Shown piece after piece: positions 25,329 through 39,415 of a stretch of DNA of 64,000 nucleotides. Within the stretch, counting starts at the first letter, position 1. Each line of letters begins with the position of its first letter. Source of the DNA: Mytilus trossulus (Eukaryota); the NCBI RefSeq assembly GCF_036588685.1, contig NC_086381.1:3596001-3660000 (forward strand). The letters run 5' to 3'. Below the pieces are notes generated by a model that did not search any database, was not told where the DNA came from, and was given only the letters and a program-made list of their open reading frames with translations. The position numbers and the translations under genes were made by a program.

Positions 25329-28300
25329 TTATATTTATTGTTTGTTATTTTATTAACTCTGAATTGACTACTTATTTATTTGGCAAGCAGATTACAAGCA
25401 TACATAGAAATCCATACTTTTATTTTATAAAATAAAAATTATTATTTACAGTTGTTAATCTTATTGATTGACCATCAATGCAATCAAACATAATTTGGCC
25501 TGTACCTTTTCATTAGAGCGGTACTGCTGAATTTTATTTATGACAAACCGTACATATGACGCACAAATTTACAAACCTGTAAACCTTTTTTTTTACCTAT
25601 ATGAAATTAACGAATTACCGGCTTTTGACAGGTATTTCTGTATTGTACTGGGAAGTTTCGAGTTATCTATTAATTCTTTGTTTAAATTCAAAAGACAATA
25701 GAAAACACCTGGGAAAATATAACAGTCAAATATACAGAACGCAAACAAATAATAGTTATCAAAAGTACCAGGATTATAATTTTATACGCCAGACGCGCGT
25801 TTCGTCTACATAAGACTCACCAGTGACGCTCAGATCAAAACAGTTAAAAAGCCAAATAAATACGAAGATGAAGAGCATTATGGATCCAAAATTCCAATAA
25901 GTTGTGCCAAATACGGATAAGGTAATCTACTCCTGTGGTAAGAAAATCCTTAGTTTTTCGAAAAGTTTTTATATAAATAAATAACCAATTAAAAACGGAG
26001 ACAAAACAGATTACCACTATTTTGTTAAATGTCGTAGTAGTATCCGACGTCAAATTATTCGTTTGAATTAACCATATTTCATTGAGAAAAAATTCTGACT
26101 AACAATTTGTATGTTAAGGATTATTAAAAATAACTATTGCAAACCTCTGCCAGATTTGGTGTTATAAATGTCTTTTTGATTTGCAGTTTCGCATAAATCT
26201 TTAATAGAGATGGAATATTTTGGTTTTTAAATTTGTCACCAAAATGATGACATTTTATTATCACTATGTGTATATATCAAAACTGATCGTTACAGAATTA
26301 AAAGCAGAGCTAAGTCTCCCTTATACCTTAACAAGGTTCCTGGAAATTTACAGAAAAAATCGGACAGCAGTGTGTTAACTAAAGACTTTAAAACAGTAAA
26401 CAATTACACGTATCTTATCTAACGATAAAATAAACACAATCAGTAGTTAGCTTTGGTTAACTATCTTGTTAATAGTTTACGGGGTTTATATAAACAAAAG
26501 CAACACGATATGTTTCTAGGTATAACTGGTACTACGAACCACCCTATACGAATAGATACCATAGATATAATGACGTATAGTTTATCTCCTCGCTCATTTC
26601 ATGATACAATCAGCAATTTTAACTGCAGACTTTGATCTTGAGCAAACTCAATTAAATGAGGTTTCGTTTTGTAAATTTCACATTCCCGAGTAATAGTAAA
26701 AATAACACCTGCCAATTTTTTGTCATTTTTTACAATTTCTAATATGACGTCACTTGCAATTGGCTTTAAGGTTTCAACTTATTCGGATGTGTCTAATCAG
26801 GTTATGTAATGTATTTTGGTTGTTTCCTGTAATTAGTTAATACTTCAGTTTTATCATATATCTTTTGTATAGTCATTTTATAAAATGTACTGTTTTTAAA
26901 AGTAAAGACTATTCTAAATAATAGGATGTTCTTGTACCTAATAGAAAACCCTGGCCGTTTTTGGCACAACCTTTTTGAACTTTTGGTACTCGATGCTGTT
27001 AAAATTTGTACTTGTTTCGGCTTTCAAACTTTTGAATCTGGGCGTCACTATCAAGTCTTGTGTGGACAACATGCACTTCTGGCGTATTAAAATTTTAAAC
27101 TTGTTGCCTTTTGTTAGCTATTATTCGTGTGTTTCTTTGTCAATTGTGTTCTTCTATTTATTTATATTGTAGTTCTGTAATGTTGTGTTGTCATTTGAAT
27201 GTTATATTTTACATGGCCATAAAAGAGGGAGGTTTGGCATGCCAGGTCCAATCCACCATTTTGACCTTTAAAAATGTCCTTAACCAAATTAGGAAAAGAG
27301 CCATTGTTATATTATATAGTTCGATTCTGTGTGTGATACATTTTAACAATCTGTTTCCGTTGTGTCGTTTGTTTTCTCTTATTTTTGAGTGTGTATTTAC
27401 ATTACTATAAAACGTGTCACGGTACTTATCTATCTAAAAATTCATATATTTGGTTTTGATGTTATATTTGTTTTTCTCATAGGAAAGTGTCTTATGCTTA
27501 GTCCGTTTCTGTGTGTGTTACATTGTTATATTGTGTCGGTGTCCTCCTCTTATATTAAATGCGTTTCCCTCAGTTTAGTTCGTTATCTTGATTTAGTTTT
27601 TTGTCCATGGTTTTATGAGTTCTGAACTACATAGGGCAACGTTTTGCATTTTAAAATGTTTTTCAATACACAAAATCCATCTCTCTAAACATTGTACAAA
27701 CAAATTATATATATACAAAACAAAACAACGCAATGTGGACAAGTAAATATTGTAGCTTTAAAAAATATGATAAAGAAAATGTGTTAATTAAAAATGAACC
27801 TTTACAAAGAGCATTCGCCAGCTGGAAACCATGGCTCGATTTTCCTAATGTACTATGGAATTAATTACTATGAGTGTGTGTATATGTAGTTTGTTGGTAA
27901 TAAAAACATTGCCAAAAAAAAAAATAATGAATGAGAGACAACATGTTGAATTAAGTAATAGATGCCTTTTTAAAAAAAATAATATTTGGTTGTTAAAGTG
28001 TTGACTGGAGGCAGTGAAGCACATTTGCATGAGGCGCTTCCGCGCTTCAGTCTATACAAGTGTACACTGTCAACACTTTCATATGCCAATAAAATTAAGT
28101 AGCATTAATTTTCTTATGATGACCAGACCACGGAAAAAGTTTTGTTACGCTTTTCTGTTATTCTGGTGAGGATTATTTTTGTAGAAGTACGTGTCATCAC
28201 GAATATAACATTTTATTTTCATATGCAGGATTTTGAAAAGACGCGCTATTAATTTATCCAATCAAACTAACATATAATAAATGTACTAATAGGTAATCAT

Positions 28301-29673
28301 TTAGATGTTTTAAGCTGTCAGATGTTATATCAGGTGTGGTAACAATAGTTTATCGATGTTTTATTCTTGTAAATAAATTAAAATTTGGAAAATCAAAAGC
28401 TCACACATATTAGACGAATGGATAACAACTGTCGTATTCCTTACTTAGTACAGGAATTATGTTATGTAGACCTTGGCGAATTTAACTTGGTTTTATAGCT
28501 AGCTAAACCTCTCAGTAGTAGGACACTCGCATCAAAATCAGTTATACTGACAACGATACGTAAACAAAATAAACAGACACAATAGGCAAACAAGTCAAAA
28601 ACAGGGACACAACAGCCAACTCTACGTTATAATCTCAATCACTATGGATACTAGCAGAGCCAGTCTGTTTATAGTCCTCACGAGCTGAACATGATATTTG
28701 GCTTCTTTATAAATTATATTATTCTTAATTGCATTTAAATGTTTTTTGTAAATTTTGCTTGAATCATAAGCATAAAAATATTTAGTTTTTTGTAATGTCT
28801 ATAAATAGAACACGTCAATAAAAACATTCTTAAATAATAGAAAAGCTTCCGGCAAAGTATATTTCCCTATTTGTTACATTCAATTTTATTACAATTTATA
28901 TGTAAATTAAGTACATTTTAATTTATTTAGACATTATTTATTCGTTGCTATCTTTTTTTTCTGTTTTCTGTTTGTTCTTTTTTTGTAAATCATTGCGGTA
29001 AATATTTAGCGTGCTAAATCTTCAGCATGTTTTAAAAGATTGAAAAGCGAAATAATATAAGTTCGTCAAATCTATTAGATACCAGGCTTCTTATAAATTA
29101 GCACACTTGACACACGTGTTGTAGATAGCAGAGTTATGAGTGAAATTAAATAAAAATCAATTTGAAAGAAAAATTAATCATTGTTATTGAATTGACTTTT
29201 AAAATATTATTTTAACAGGGTTGTAGTATCGGACCACGGCGATCTATGTATAGGGTAGAAGATAAAGTATAAAATAGGAATTATATTTTTTTTTCTCACA
29301 TTAGAGCAAACAGCCTATTGTTTATGCGCATCACCTAACGCAACTTGGTAGTGACATAAAAGCTCTATAACGTTGTTTCTAGAAATGAAAAAAACGTCAA
29401 ATAATAACGTCCTATTTTGCGTGTTTCATGGATTTCAACATTCCAACCGTCTTAGTCGAGTAAAATAATGATATAAAGAACTGCGTCCATGCTTTTGTAT
29501 GTCCGTCTTTCGACAGTTATGAATGAGTTCGTTACGGCAAACTTCTGAAATTGACGCGAAAAAGAAACAAGCACAACTAGTCTGGTATAGTCAAATACTC
29601 TGTAAGTTAACCAGTGCCATCTTTCATTTATTTTTTTTTATTTTCAATAATGTTGCTTATTCGGGACAGACGA

Positions 29674-29923
29674 CATAATTCTTGTTTCACGTTAAACAGT
29701 AGATTGATTTGAAATCTTGAGAAACACCATCAGTCGGAATTGAAAATTGTTTGACATTACCTGTCACTCCGCTTTTGTATTGAAAGTCTGTTTATGTTTA
29801 AATACCCGTCAAGAACATGCTATATCTATTTAATTACACAGATCAAATCAATAATAGCCTTAAACTCTTGAACCTGTATTTGAAAGATACAAATCTACTG
29901 TTTAACGTGAAACAAGAATTATG
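29674..29923. repeat. 250-bp segment bounded by perfect 32-bp inverted repeats
   Basis: cataattcttgtttcacgttaaacagtagatt (29674-29705) and its reverse complement (29892-29923); no TSD visible. Confidence 0.8.
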
Positions 29924-31514
29924 CTTGTAGGTTTGATATTAACCTTTTTTTTTTTTTAGAGTTTAGATAACAAGCAAATGTTATGTTTATATTCGGGAAA
30001 ACACGAAACAGACGTTGCTATAGTGACAAAACTAAGTCGGTGACCTCTGTGTTTTTCATCATATTTTGTTCCTGAAATCATGCAACACCTTCTCTCAAAA
30101 TGTTAAGGAAAAATCACTGATAGAAACGAACAGGCTGTTAGGTCTTTAAAGACAGAAACGAACAACTCTCTCTTACAAGATACATAAATAGAGGGGAAAA
30201 CAATCAAATAGAGCTTATCTACCGCGAATTATCCCAAAATGTAAGATAACTAAGTTTAATTGAACTAAACCATCACATCTTATCATTGAACCTATATCGT
30301 ACAAATGACTTCAAATACTCTACAATAACTGGTATTTTTTTCGTAAATACCCATCAAGAACATGCTATATCCGTTTAATAACACCGATTGTTAATGTTAA
30401 ACAACGCATTGATGATCGTGACGTTACAATCATCCAGTCGGATCAAGCATTTTTTGGCAAATACCATGACAGAGAGGATGAACAATGCACATACATTGTA
30501 CCACGGCTAAAAATGATTGATATTCATTTGATAACAAAAAATTAATGAAAAAATACACTGGCTATAAACCAATCAAAACCGGGGATTCTTACATAAGGTG
30601 TAATTATAACAAAAAAGCAATAGCGTAATATACAATTGAGAATGGAAAGGGTAAATGTCTAATAGAGATAACTTTCCGACCAAAGAGCAGAAAACAATGA
30701 CACCAATGAGTCTTCAATTTAATGTTTATGTTTGTATTGTGTTTATGTGCTTTAATATTTAATGTAGCTGTGTATACATATATATTCTCTTTAACTATGT
30801 ACCTTGTAGTTAATGAGAAATAAACTTCATTCATTCATGACAATACAGTGAAAAAATACAGAACCTGGAGGCCGGCTTCTGCTAGACCATATATAGTATG
30901 CAATATTTTAGCAAAAACAGATGTCACACTAACCTCCGAAACATAGAAGAGAACCAAGATTTATATACAAAACAGACAAGACTAACAAGGACAAGATGTT
31001 CCTTCTTTAGACATGTGCAAAAATGCGGCGGGGCTATACATATTTTGAGAGATCTGATCCTTCCCTTATAACAAATGTAGAATAAACTAACATTGCTCGT
31101 TGTTAGAATAAATTTCTGCTGCTTGCATAAGCTGTTCAAGGTACGTAATAATAAAATGATAAAACAAATAATAAAAAAAGCAACATTATTTGTCATATGC
31201 ATAGAGCCTCGGTAGCAATGAATGAAGACATAGTCCAGTTTGTAGGCATACAAGTATTGAAAAAGCTTTAGACATTTATCGAATTGACATATTTGATTTG
31301 AGAAAAAACATTATTGTGTTTGATTGGTCTAACATCACATGTTAGTTTGTAAATTGAAGGTTATTTTCATAACCTGTTTTTTTTTAACGTTTTGCATTTT
31401 AAATGTACGAAAAACACTTGGGGAAAAAACCCGACTGATTATACAATAGATGAACAATACGTTACTTTTGAACACCCAATGTTGTAGGTTACTATATATA
31501 TATATATATATATG

Positions 31515-31680
31515 ACACCGTATTCGCTCAATGGGTCCATAAAAAGTAATAAAGATGACATATGGGCAATTAAGGTGTCATTATCAGTCAAATGTCGTGA
31601 CGTCACATCTTATTTTCATCTAATATAATCCAATCAACGTAGTATAAGTTTTAATACGGACATTCAATAAGGTATAAAAG
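31515..31680 (+). promoter_or_regulatory. Gene B proximal promoter (CCATAAA, TGACA/TGTCA, CRE, CCAAT, TATA)
   Basis: ccataaa 31537, TGACGTCA 31598, CCAAT 31630, TATAAAA 31673; same order upstream of genes C and D. Confidence 0.75.
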
Positions 31681-31723
31681 AAGAAAAATTTAGCAGATTG
31701 GGCATAATTTTCAAACAGTGAAC

Positions 31724-33495
31724 ATGCAGTCTCTTCTTTGTATTGTGCTTGTTTTGGTTTCTCTCTATTTAGTGCAAGGTATGATTTTCATTTTAGTTAA
31801 TATAAATCCAGGCTTTAAAGTTCATTCAGATAATTTGTAGAAAAAAACATAATAGAATTTGAAAAGATAAATATGTATTTTTGTAAAAATTTTAATATAC
31901 TGGGACCACTATGAATAGTAATTCCAGATATATGTGTCGAGTAACTAAAAAATAAACAATGGAACAAAAGAACAATTGGACAATTTGCCTTGACTAGACA
32001 AAACTATAACATTAAAATAATAAAATGTATGCACTGATTATGCATTATACGTTTTTAACTGGAATATTAAATTGAAATGTTTTGTTCCATGAGCGCCCGG
32101 CAATTGTATTTAAATTGTATTCGATTAAAAAAAACGTGGGTACAACCATAGATATTTTTCTGCACCCAATTTAATTAAAAGTGTGATCTATTAAATGATT
32201 TAATCAATGAATGTGCAAACTCAATTTTATGAATTCAAAATTGATAAATATTTTTCATTTACTATTATTTCTGATATTTGTGTTGAAATTAATGAATCAA
32301 TAAATATGAATACGTTCGAAAAACGAATAATAATTATAATAAAACAATAAAGTCAATGTATGTATGTCTTATAAAGTACGATCAATAACAAGATGTTTTA
32401 TTGCGAGGAAAAGAAAAGACAAAACACAAATGGTTTATTGTGTTTAAACAGCATGCCAATTGTTTCAAAATATAACACTATATAAAATACTTTGAAATCT
32501 TAAAGACATGTATGCCAAAAAAGACAATTATGTTACATTTATTGAGTTTTTCAAAAATATTCATCTTTTTAACGACTTTGTTGGTTATTGCTCTTCTCTT
32601 CGATACGGTGAGACTATCGTTAACGAAGTTTCAAATGTACATTCTTACGTAAAAAGCTTCCCGACGTCGTCGTTGTTCCTAACTTGATGATTAAATCTTT
32701 CTTTTAAAATTACAGAAATTAAAGATACATGTAAGACGTGTATTATTTCATGCAAATGTTAATATTTTTTGATTTACATTCTTTTCTAAATTTATCTTTT
32801 CAGGTCGAACATATGGCTATCAAAAAAAGATAAAAAAGGCTCACGTGGTTAAGGTAAAGGATCCCATTGGATTCCCGACAGATCAAGTACATATACCTAA
32901 AGAACCTGTTCTGTTACCAAGTAAGAGACTACCTGACTGTGATGTAGGATGTACTCTACAGATAATACCACCAGAGTGTATACAAGAAACATTTGGATTT
33001 GAACATGGCGTCAGGTGTAGAGGCTGTGATGTTGATATATGCAACAGAGGAAGGGGAGATAATTTAGATAGATTGCAGGGCGGTTCCCAGTGGCAAAACG
33101 GAGGCAGAACCCAAAATTTAAATAGCAGAATAGGCGGAGGATTCGTTGATAGTTTAGGTGGAGGCAGAAACCAAAATCTAAACAGCCGAATAGGCGGAGG
33201 TTTCCTTGATAGTTTAGGTGGAGGTAGAAACCAGAATTCAAACAGCAGAATAGGCGGACAATTCGTTGATAGTTTAGGTGGAGGAAGAAACCAAAATTTA
33301 AACAGCAGAATAGGCGGAGAATTCGTTGATAGCTTAGGTAGTGATTTCTTTAACGAAGTACAAAACTCGAATTTAGGTGGTAGATTTAGAAACAGACAGA
33401 ATACTAATTTTGAAAGTAGAAACAGATTGGATATAAACTCAAATGACAGAAGAAACCGCTTTGAAACAAACAGACAAGTTGGGAGTGGGTGGTGA
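31724..33495 (+). CDS. Gene B: secreted 6-Cys-module protein with Gly/Asn/Arg-rich 20-aa repeats, 248 aa; exons 31724-31778 and 32804-33495
   Basis: Exon 1 MQSLLCIVLVLVSLYLVQ-G with GTATGA donor; ttttcag acceptor; in-frame exon 2 GRTYGYQKK...; AATAAA at 33597; paralog of C and D. Confidence 0.9.
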
Positions 33496-34846
33496 TGATC
33501 ACGTGGTTACGATTTGAGTATTTTGTAACAAACATTTAGAAATCCAGAGTATTTTGTTGTACAATTTGTAATGAAATGACATATTTGTAAATAATCAATA
33601 AACGGGTAACGATCTATTTCTTACTTATTGGTTTTTGTTATGAAAATAATCAGATTGGTAATATTGCCAAGACATTTTTTTCACTATAGACTGAATGACG
33701 TTAATATAGCAATTATAGGTCATTATACAACATTCAACAATGAGCAATAACAAGTTTCAAAGTACGAAGATAGTCTAGATGTTTAAAGTCTTTAATTTGA
33801 GTACATGAGTACATTCATTTTGTTATGACAATTAGATTAAGTTTAAGCTCAATAGACTTTAACCTAACGTCACACATATACATCCAAATACAGTTTTCTT
33901 AAAAGATTTGTAAGTAGTGTTTGGTAGGCAAACTTGACATAAGATTCATTTGTAGGATTTCAAAATGTCCTTTATGAAATAGTGTAAGCTGGACATTTTC
34001 TTTTTTTATCATGGTTAATACTGTTCATGGATAATATTTTCTTTAATGTAAAAATAATATGTTGTTTAATTGATAATGAGACAACTCTCCCCAAGAGACC
34101 AAAAGACACAAAAATTAACAACTTTAGGTCACCCTTCAAAAACAAGAAAAACCTAAACCGTAAAATTAGCTATAAAATGACAAATGTAAAACAATTCAAA
34201 AGATAAAACTAACGGTCTAATGAATGTCCAAAAAATTTACGTTTTTTTTTTAAATAACACATGAACATAGGACAACCACTGAATTTATACAGAATGTGGC
34301 GGGATAAAACATGTTAGAGCCTAACCCTCCCGTAACCTGAGACAGTGGTGTAACTTTAAAAACCAGTTGAAAAAGGCTAAACACATCAGATGAATACAAA
34401 TAGAAATTCTACACAAAGTGGACGTGGTCGGGTACTTGTATATTCCAACAACAAATAGATATGAAGTACAGATCTGAGAGTACTCGCAGTTACTTACAGC
34501 TATTGCAAAGCCACTAACAACTAATAAAAAATTAATGCATCTAAGACTAAAGATGTCCTGCATACAATTTACACCATGAAACGATGTTTGCAATGTTTGG
34601 TTGCAAACACCTGTTTAGTTATCACACAATTATGTACACAATTTTTACCAATGCATTTTGTCATTGAACAGTAAATGTGTTAACTTTTCGCAATTAACTC
34701 AAACGCAAGCATGATTAATCTTTTGAGGAGTTTGGAAAACTTCCTTTGGAGTATATTATTTAGTTACAAATCCTTTGACATATTGTTTTGTTGACAGATG
34801 AATAATCAATAAAACAGACAAACTATGAAATCTGTACGGGCATAGA

Positions 34847-37800
34847 CACGGTGGGTATGGTTGTCCTGCGAGAGAACGTACTGTGCTGGTGATTCGGTCC
34901 TGACGGGTGCTGGTGATCAATGAAAAAATGTAAACAAAGACGAAAATGATGATTTTTGACGTTTTCACTAATAAAAAATGGAAGAAAACAGTTGAGATTT
35001 TTTAATTTTGTTTCTTATGGGTTCATATATAAACCATTGAAAAGTTTACCCTCTAAACTGTTCCAGTAAGCGTAACACTAAAATGCTCATTTTCAGAAAA
35101 TCTCGAACTGAAAAAATAAAACAAAAATGCTCATAGAGTCCGCTTTCTATATCGCAATCCACACGACAAAACTATTTTGTAAAAAAACATTGCAATTTAT
35201 AAAAATTTAGCATTTTCTGAATTTACTCATGTCCTGATACTGTGCTGGTGGGTCCTGTCATTGTGTTGGTGGGTCCTGATACGGTGCTGGTGATTTTGGA
35301 TTAGAAGTTGGTCATATTTGAAACAAGTGTTACAAAATCAATAAAATTTGGCAGCTAATTGTTGTCAATAGGATCTATTACTCCTATTTAGCTCTTGTGC
35401 ATCCATTTGGCTGTTTAATATGTGTTTTCAAATGATCGTAACTTGTATAACATAATTACATAAAAGGGCAACATCTTTCGTCCAATATCAGAGAACAATA
35501 TATAGTATCTAAAATAAGAATAGTTTTATTAAGATATTAAATGCCCCTTACATTGATGCCTCAACAATGATCAAAGCCCATGCCGCATAGACATGTTTGT
35601 CAGCGCTCCGCATACCCCTCCCCACTTCCACCCAACCAACCCTCCTCATTTCTTCCTTCATTGTTACAGTGGTGTACCAACACAACAATTTATCACATTA
35701 AATAATTACACAAAGACACACATTATTGAACAACGAATGCTCGCAGGTACTGAAAGCTAGTTCAATGCCGCATTTTCAACTAATAGATAAACCATGTTCT
35801 CATATACAAAAATCTCAATCGTGTCGATTAAAAGTCTCAAAACTTAAGTTCACATTTTAATGTTTGATGAAGCAGAACTTTAAAAGTGTGCAGTGAATCT
35901 TGGGCTCACAACAGTTATTGTCATAATTATGTTTACATGAGACTTATAAAGGAATTAAGAAGGTACCAAGAAATGTTTTACAGTTCAATTTAATTATCAT
36001 GAATGGAAGGTGAATGGAAACTGTGAGGGTCAAAATCTTAAATTGCTTATAAATGTTGCTGGACCCAGTTTCGTTATCTGATCTGAATGTTCTGAAATGT
36101 GCAAGGTGGAAAGACATTTTGATTTTTTTTACTCGGAAAGTTTTGCCCTAATTGCTTGAACTTTTGCAATATTAAAGCCGATTTCAATGAGTGTGAAGAC
36201 AAAGGGAATAGCTTTGGTTATATTGCTTGATGAACAGAAAAGTCATAGTTAGGTTATGTAAACTACCCTACTTTAAGAGTATACTAGTCCGACAAATGAC
36301 ACATCTTTCTGTCTGTAGGACCAGGCTACTTCGAAAGGAGCAAGCTAACCAAAGATATTATGTTTGCCTATATACTCGATGGAATCGGCTGTAACTAAAA
36401 CCTCGAATACATTTTAACAGACAGTGGTCATGTTTGTTGATGAATATTGTTTTTCCTAGATTCACTCTTGAAAAATCATTTGGTAACATTTGGTCAGGGA
36501 CGTATATAATTTAAGTCCTTAAATTTGATCAAGTAATTTCAAAAAAGATCTTATTTGTAATTGCGGACGCCAAGACAATATATGAACCTCACACGACCCC
36601 TCGACACAGGTGAGCTTATATATGATCTTATAGCGATTCAGGTTGATAACCATTTGAAATTAAGCCAGTTTGTGTGTGTGTGTAGATTTGTATTGTTTTA
36701 AACTGTTATGACCTTTTAAAGTTAAATGTAGGTGTTTAATCTAAGAATTTCTTTTTTAAACTCAATTGGTAGTATGAAGCTATTGATTGATTGATTGTTG
36801 GTTGCTTAACGTCCAGTGGCAAATATTTCATGCATATTCAGGAGGAGAACAAGTTCACAATAAATACAATAGGTAGGTCTTGTCATAAAAGAGGCCAATA
36901 GTCGTGGAATTTTGGACTGCCACTGGAAAATGAGAATGTATTGGATAGGAACAGAAATTTTGCCTTGCAGCAGGCCAACTACGGACCCCTCAAAGAGTTG
37001 CTGCAAGGGTTATTAACGTGCAAAGACGTCCCCATTCTGACCGGACGCGACTGCGAACTTGATACATCCCGCACAGCCAAACGGACGCCCCTCTTCAACA
37101 AGCGTTTTACTGCCGGTCAGGAGAAGACCAAGTGACCATATTTCTATTTCCCAGTAACCCTTGGGGAATTTTGAAATGCACAATTAACAAAGCAAACGTT
37201 AGTTTCAAATACTTTTAAATAGATTTTAAACATAAAAATGTGATTTAAGCTGCTAAAGACATATGATTCAAACGCTCAGAAAGTTCTTTGTTCTATATTT
37301 TTTCTCACCATTTTTATGCAAAACGGTAACCTTTTACATTTTTATTTAATGGGTTATTGTTGAAGGTATTACGATGACGTATGGTAATTAACACATACTT
37401 CCTTTGTTTTCTTAAGGAAACTTGTCCATTGACAACAAACATACCACATCATCTACTTTATATATATTTTGGTGATCTTGCAAAATGATCGTAATCCCGA
37501 AAATCGTAAACATATTTTCCTATCTTAAAAGGGGACAAGAAGGGTTCCATTAACAGGCCAATAAATAAGATTACAGTTAATTTAAAAAAAAAAATAAAAA
37601 AAAATTGGGGGGTATTTTTTCTTGCATAATAACAGTAAACGGATTCAAAACAATGTCAATTTCAAGAAAGCAGGCAACAGTTAATTAGTTAATAACAGTA
37701 CAGGATCAATATCTTGAATATATGCCACTTTTAACTAAAATATAAAGGCACAGAACCAGGACATCGGAGCACAGAACCAGGACCGTTTTTCTAATCACCA

Positions 37801-38046
37801 GCACCGCGTCAGGACAATTCCGTTAAAAGAACTTGCACGACTTTTGCAATATAATATTGTTGTAATATACTTTGCATGGTACTTGTGACGCATCAGAGAA
37901 AAATTAAGCAACAAAACAGTCGTTTTATTGCCGTTCTGATACAATGTAAACAAACCCACCAGCACAGAATCAGGACCCACCAGCACCTGTCAGGACCGAA
38001 TCACCAGCACAGTACGTTCTCTCGCAGGACAACCATACCCACCGTG
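34847..38046. mobile_element. Non-autonomous Transib-like DNA transposon, 3.2 kb
   Basis: 69-bp TIRs with one mismatch starting CACGGTGG; 5-bp TSD ATAGA on both sides; subterminal GTCCTGA-n-GTGCTGGTG repeats; no transposase ORF seen. Confidence 0.85.
36783..37166 (-). mobile_element. SINE-like element with (ATCA)n tail nested in the Transib-like element
   Basis: GC-richer body ending in ttgattgattgattg on the plus strand; its tail motif gtccagtggcaaatatttcat recurs at 55690-55930. Confidence 0.6.
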
Positions 38047-39084
38047 ATAGAAAACCTAAAATTGACACATATGTTAAAAATAAGATGAAATTATCATCAA
38101 AACAAATTAAGTTCTGTATGTTCTTACCTCTTTTTATATGAATTATCTTTGCATGCTACATATTTTACCTGTAATATTCAACCCGACAGGGTATTTTCTA
38201 GTTTTCGACAAAAAATCAAAAAGCTTTTAGCACTTTATGTGAAAATTTGGTGAAGTGTTGAAATAAGCTCCCTTTTGATGTTCCTAACTTTATGGGAGTT
38301 ATACGATGTTATTCGCAAAAAAGGTATTAGTTTCCATTTTTCTTACTCTTAGATCTGTACTTCGTTACTTTTTGCTGTTGGGATATACAAGTACCCGACC
38401 ACGTCCACTTTGTGTAGAATTTCTATTTGTATTCATCTGATGTGTTTAGCCTTTTTCAACTGGTTTTTGTTCGTTCTTATATGTTGTAATGTTACACCAC
38501 TGTCTCAGGTTACGGGAGGGTAAGGCTCTAAAACAAATCAAACGTGCTTTCAGCAGTTCCATCAAACTTTGATGACTGATTTACATCATTTCAGTGTTTA
38601 GATAGATTATAGATATGTCTGATATGATATTGAAGGGAACTAGTGTTTTACTCTTTGAAAGGGAGAAAAGCATATCATACACTTGTGACGCTTATCTTTA
38701 TTGTTTTGGGAAATCTTTATTCTTCACGTTATCAAGAGAGATGGACGAGGGAGACATACATTGGTTCATGTGTTCTTTCATTTATTGGTTATCCATACTT
38801 TTGAAATATACCACTCACATTTTGTTAAGTCCCCATCCCCGTTTTGGGAATCCTGGATCCGCATTAGTTTCATTTTTGTTGTGTTGATTGTATTAGGCCA
38901 TACATGTATACACTTTATACTTAATATAATGTCATAGAATACTTTACATAGAACCCTGTAGGCTTACATTGCCTATGTAAACTTTTAGAACTATAGTATG
39001 CACATTGAACGACAAAGTTATGTGACGTATAAAAATTTCTGACGTCAGACACTCAAAGTATTCGTAGATAGTAGATGTGTTTGT

Positions 39085-39415
39085 GTTCTGTTAAACTGTT
39101 CCTTTTAAAATTGTTATACGATGATGACTGATTTACCCATGTTTTGACTATTTTGTTTATTGTGTCTGTCTGTTTAACGCATCAATGTAAATAAACGGAA
39201 TTTAATGAGACTGTCATTATAAAGTGAGAGGGTTAGCGCTATAGAACCAGGTTTAATCTACCATTTTCTACATTTGAAAATGCCTGTACGAAGTCAGGAG
39301 TATGACAGTTCTCGTCCATTCGTTTTTTATGCGTTTTGTTATTTGATTTTGCCATGTGATTATGGACTTTCCGAAATTGATTTTCCTCTAAGTTCAGTAT
39401 TTCTGTGATTTTACT
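39085..39415 (-). mobile_element. Interspersed repeat (family with AAGTAAAATCACAAAAATACTGAACTCCGAGG)
   Basis: Related copies at 16790-16925 (+), 46610-47160 (-), 28385-28645 and 62315-62990 (+). Confidence 0.7.

Noticed and set aside
32938-33042. Assigning the 6-Cys module to antistasin, defensin or myticin/mytilin families
   Set aside because: The Cys spacing lacks the CxC end of CS-alpha-beta peptides and the antistasin pattern, so no name was assigned.
35860-36600. Transposase remnant inside the Transib-like element
   Set aside because: No ORF or recognisable DDE/RAG1-core motif could be read by eye.
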